Shown: positions 62,752 to 64,000 of the stretch, piece by piece
How the letters are laid out: each line of letters starts with the position of its first letter
Numbering within the stretch: position 1 is the first letter of the stretch
Assembly (NCBI RefSeq): GCF_036500625.1
Contig: NZ_DASYBQ010000012.1
Source: Pseudonocardia sp.
Lineage (GTDB): Bacteria > Actinomycetota > Actinomycetes > Mycobacteriales > Pseudonocardiaceae
Strand: one strand, 5' to 3'
Length of the DNA stretch: 64,000 bases
Translations under genes and position numbers: made by a program
Notes under the pieces: generated by a model
What the model was told of the DNA's origin: nothing
The model's input: the letters and a program-made list of their open reading frames with translations, nothing else
Database searches by the model: none

Positions 62752-63732
62752 ATGGCCGTTTTCCTTGCGCGCAGGTTGGCCAACTACCTGGTGTTGTGCA
62801 TTCTGGCGACCTTTCTGGCCTACGCACTGGCATCGTTGACCTTCCGGCCGCTCGACCAGCTCGAGCAGCGCCAACCACCGCCGCCGGCCAGCACCATCCA
62901 GGCCAAGCGCCTCGAGCTGCACCTGGACGAGCCGATCCCGCAGCGGTTCGGTGTGTGGGCGGTGGGCGTGGTGACCCGGGGCGACTTCGGCAGCACGGTC
63001 GCCGACGCACCGATCAACGCCGAGCTGTGGCGCCGGGTCGGCATCAGCTTGCGGCTGTTCCTGCTGGGCACGGTGGTCGGCGTGCTGGTCGGCGTGCTGG
63101 TCGGGGTGCTCAGCGCCATCCGCCAGTACAAGCTGTCCGACCATGTGACCACGCTGGCCTCGTTCCTGATCCTGTCCACCCCGGTGTTCGTGATCGGCAC
63201 CCTGCTCAAGGTGGCCTGGCTGCCGATCAACCAGGCCACCGGCACCCAACTGCTGTATTTCAACGGCGAGTCCACGGCGGGTTTCAGCGGCACCTTCTTC
63301 GACTCGGCCGTGGACCGGGTGCAGCACCTGGTGCTGCCCACCGTATCCATCGCGCTCGGCCTGATCGCCTACTACAGCCGCTACCAGCGCAGCGCCATGC
63401 TCGACGTACTAGGCAGCGACTTCCTGCGCACCGCGCAGGCCAAGGGGCTGACCAGGCGCAAGGCGCTGCTCACCCACGGGCTGCGCACCGCGCTGATCCC
63501 GATGGCGACGCTGTTCGCGTTCGGCTTCGGCCTGCTGGTCACCGGCGGGGTGTTCACCGAGCGGATCTTCGGGTGGTTCGGCATGGGTGACTGGCTGATC
63601 GTCGGGGTGCAGACCCAGGACGCCAACATCATCGCCACCGTCACCCTGTTCATCGCGGTGCTGGTGCTGATCTCCGGCTGGTTGTCCGACGTGGTCTATG
63701 CCGCGTTGGACCCACGAGTGCGAGTGGGGTGA
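62752..63732 (+). CDS. Oligopeptide/dipeptide ABC transporter permease (OppB/DppB-like)
   Basis: GDFG, STP.F, H.VLP..S, R..MLDVL.SDF.RTA.AKGL (EAA loop) and E..F...GMG motifs. Confidence 0.93.
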   Translation: MAVFLARRLANYLVLCILATFLAYALASLTFRPLDQLEQRQPPPPASTIQAKRLELHLDEPIPQRFGVWAVGVVTRGDFGSTVADAPINAELWRRVGISLRLFLLGTVVGVLVGVLVGVLSAIRQYKLSDHVTTLASFLILSTPVFVIGTLLKVAWLPINQATGTQLLYFNGESTAGFSGTFFDSAVDRVQHLVLPTVSIALGLIAYYSRYQRSAMLDVLGSDFLRTAQAKGLTRRKALLTHGLRTALIPMATLFAFGFGLLVTGGVFTERIFGWFGMGDWLIVGVQTQDANIIATVTLFIAVLVLISGWLSDVVYAALDPRVRVG

Positions 63733-63736
63733 GCAG

Positions 63737-64000
63737 ATGAACCCGCAGCCTGTCGACTCCGGGCGGGACAACGGCCCGGTCGCGGTGGCCAGTGGCTCGA
63801 CCGCCCCGGTCAACGCCGAGAGCGCCGAAACCCTCGAACAAGTCGAGCACGTCGGGCGACGGCCGGCAACCCGGGGGCGGTTGGTGCTGCGCCGGCTGCT
63901 GCGCAACCGCCTCGGCCTGGCCGGCGCGGTCATCGTGGTGCTGCTGTTCGTCGGCGCGTTCCTGTCGCCGTTGATCACCCCGTGGGACTACCGCACCCAG
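63737..64000 (+). CDS. Oligopeptide ABC transporter permease (OppC/DppC-like), 5' part only
   Basis: Manual translation gives LRRLLRNRLGLAGAVIVVLLFVGAFLSP, typical of an OppC N-terminus. Runs off window. Confidence 0.85.
   Translation, partial: MNPQPVDSGRDNGPVAVASGSTAPVNAESAETLEQVEHVGRRPATRGRLVLRRLLRNRLGLAGAVIVVLLFVGAFLSPLITPWDYRTQ

Overview
High-GC actinomycete chromosome segment; gene content and order suggest Pseudonocardiaceae or a relative (inference). The conserved backbone is pmt/rsmI-metG-tatD-rpfB-rsmA-ispE-ABC-F on the left and prfB-ftsE-ftsX-smpB-ssrA, pyrD and an opp/dpp permease pair on the right, plus tRNA-Ala(GGC), paaK, mshB and dsbA/mauE. Accessory content is interspersed. 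(1) A four-gene minus-strand operon encodes a single Family 2B (cNMP-binding-domain) encapsulin shell, a two-domain germacradienol/geosmin synthase carrying two GPTGLGT-like putative cargo-loading motifs, a short-chain polyprenyl diphosphate synthase and a type 1 IDI. This is a candidate self-contained isoprenoid-to-geosmin nanocompartment. (2) A 57-aa Cys/His/Gly/Arg-rich peptide gene is followed by a stem-loop and an ABC exporter with a long Pro-rich tail. (3) pqqABCDE (pqqA is missing from the ORF track) is followed by an LLM monooxygenase. (4) A low-GC cassette encodes a Zn-ribbon/XRE/TPR regulator and a TrmO-like protein. (5) A Phd-VapC TA pair sits beside an orphan helicase-associated/WYL protein. 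(6) A DUF222-HNH gene has a perfect LexA box and a pentapeptide-repeat-like tail. (7) A 3D-domain-like secreted protein is inserted between ftsX and smpB. (8) A secreted LEA-like 11-mer repeat protein is present. Several decayed genes (two SDRs, cbtB, a Na/Ca antiporter, an ABC/permease fusion) and palindromic or direct repeats were also found. No CRISPR array, rRNA or integrase was seen. All family calls come from motif recognition by eye; no database search was run.
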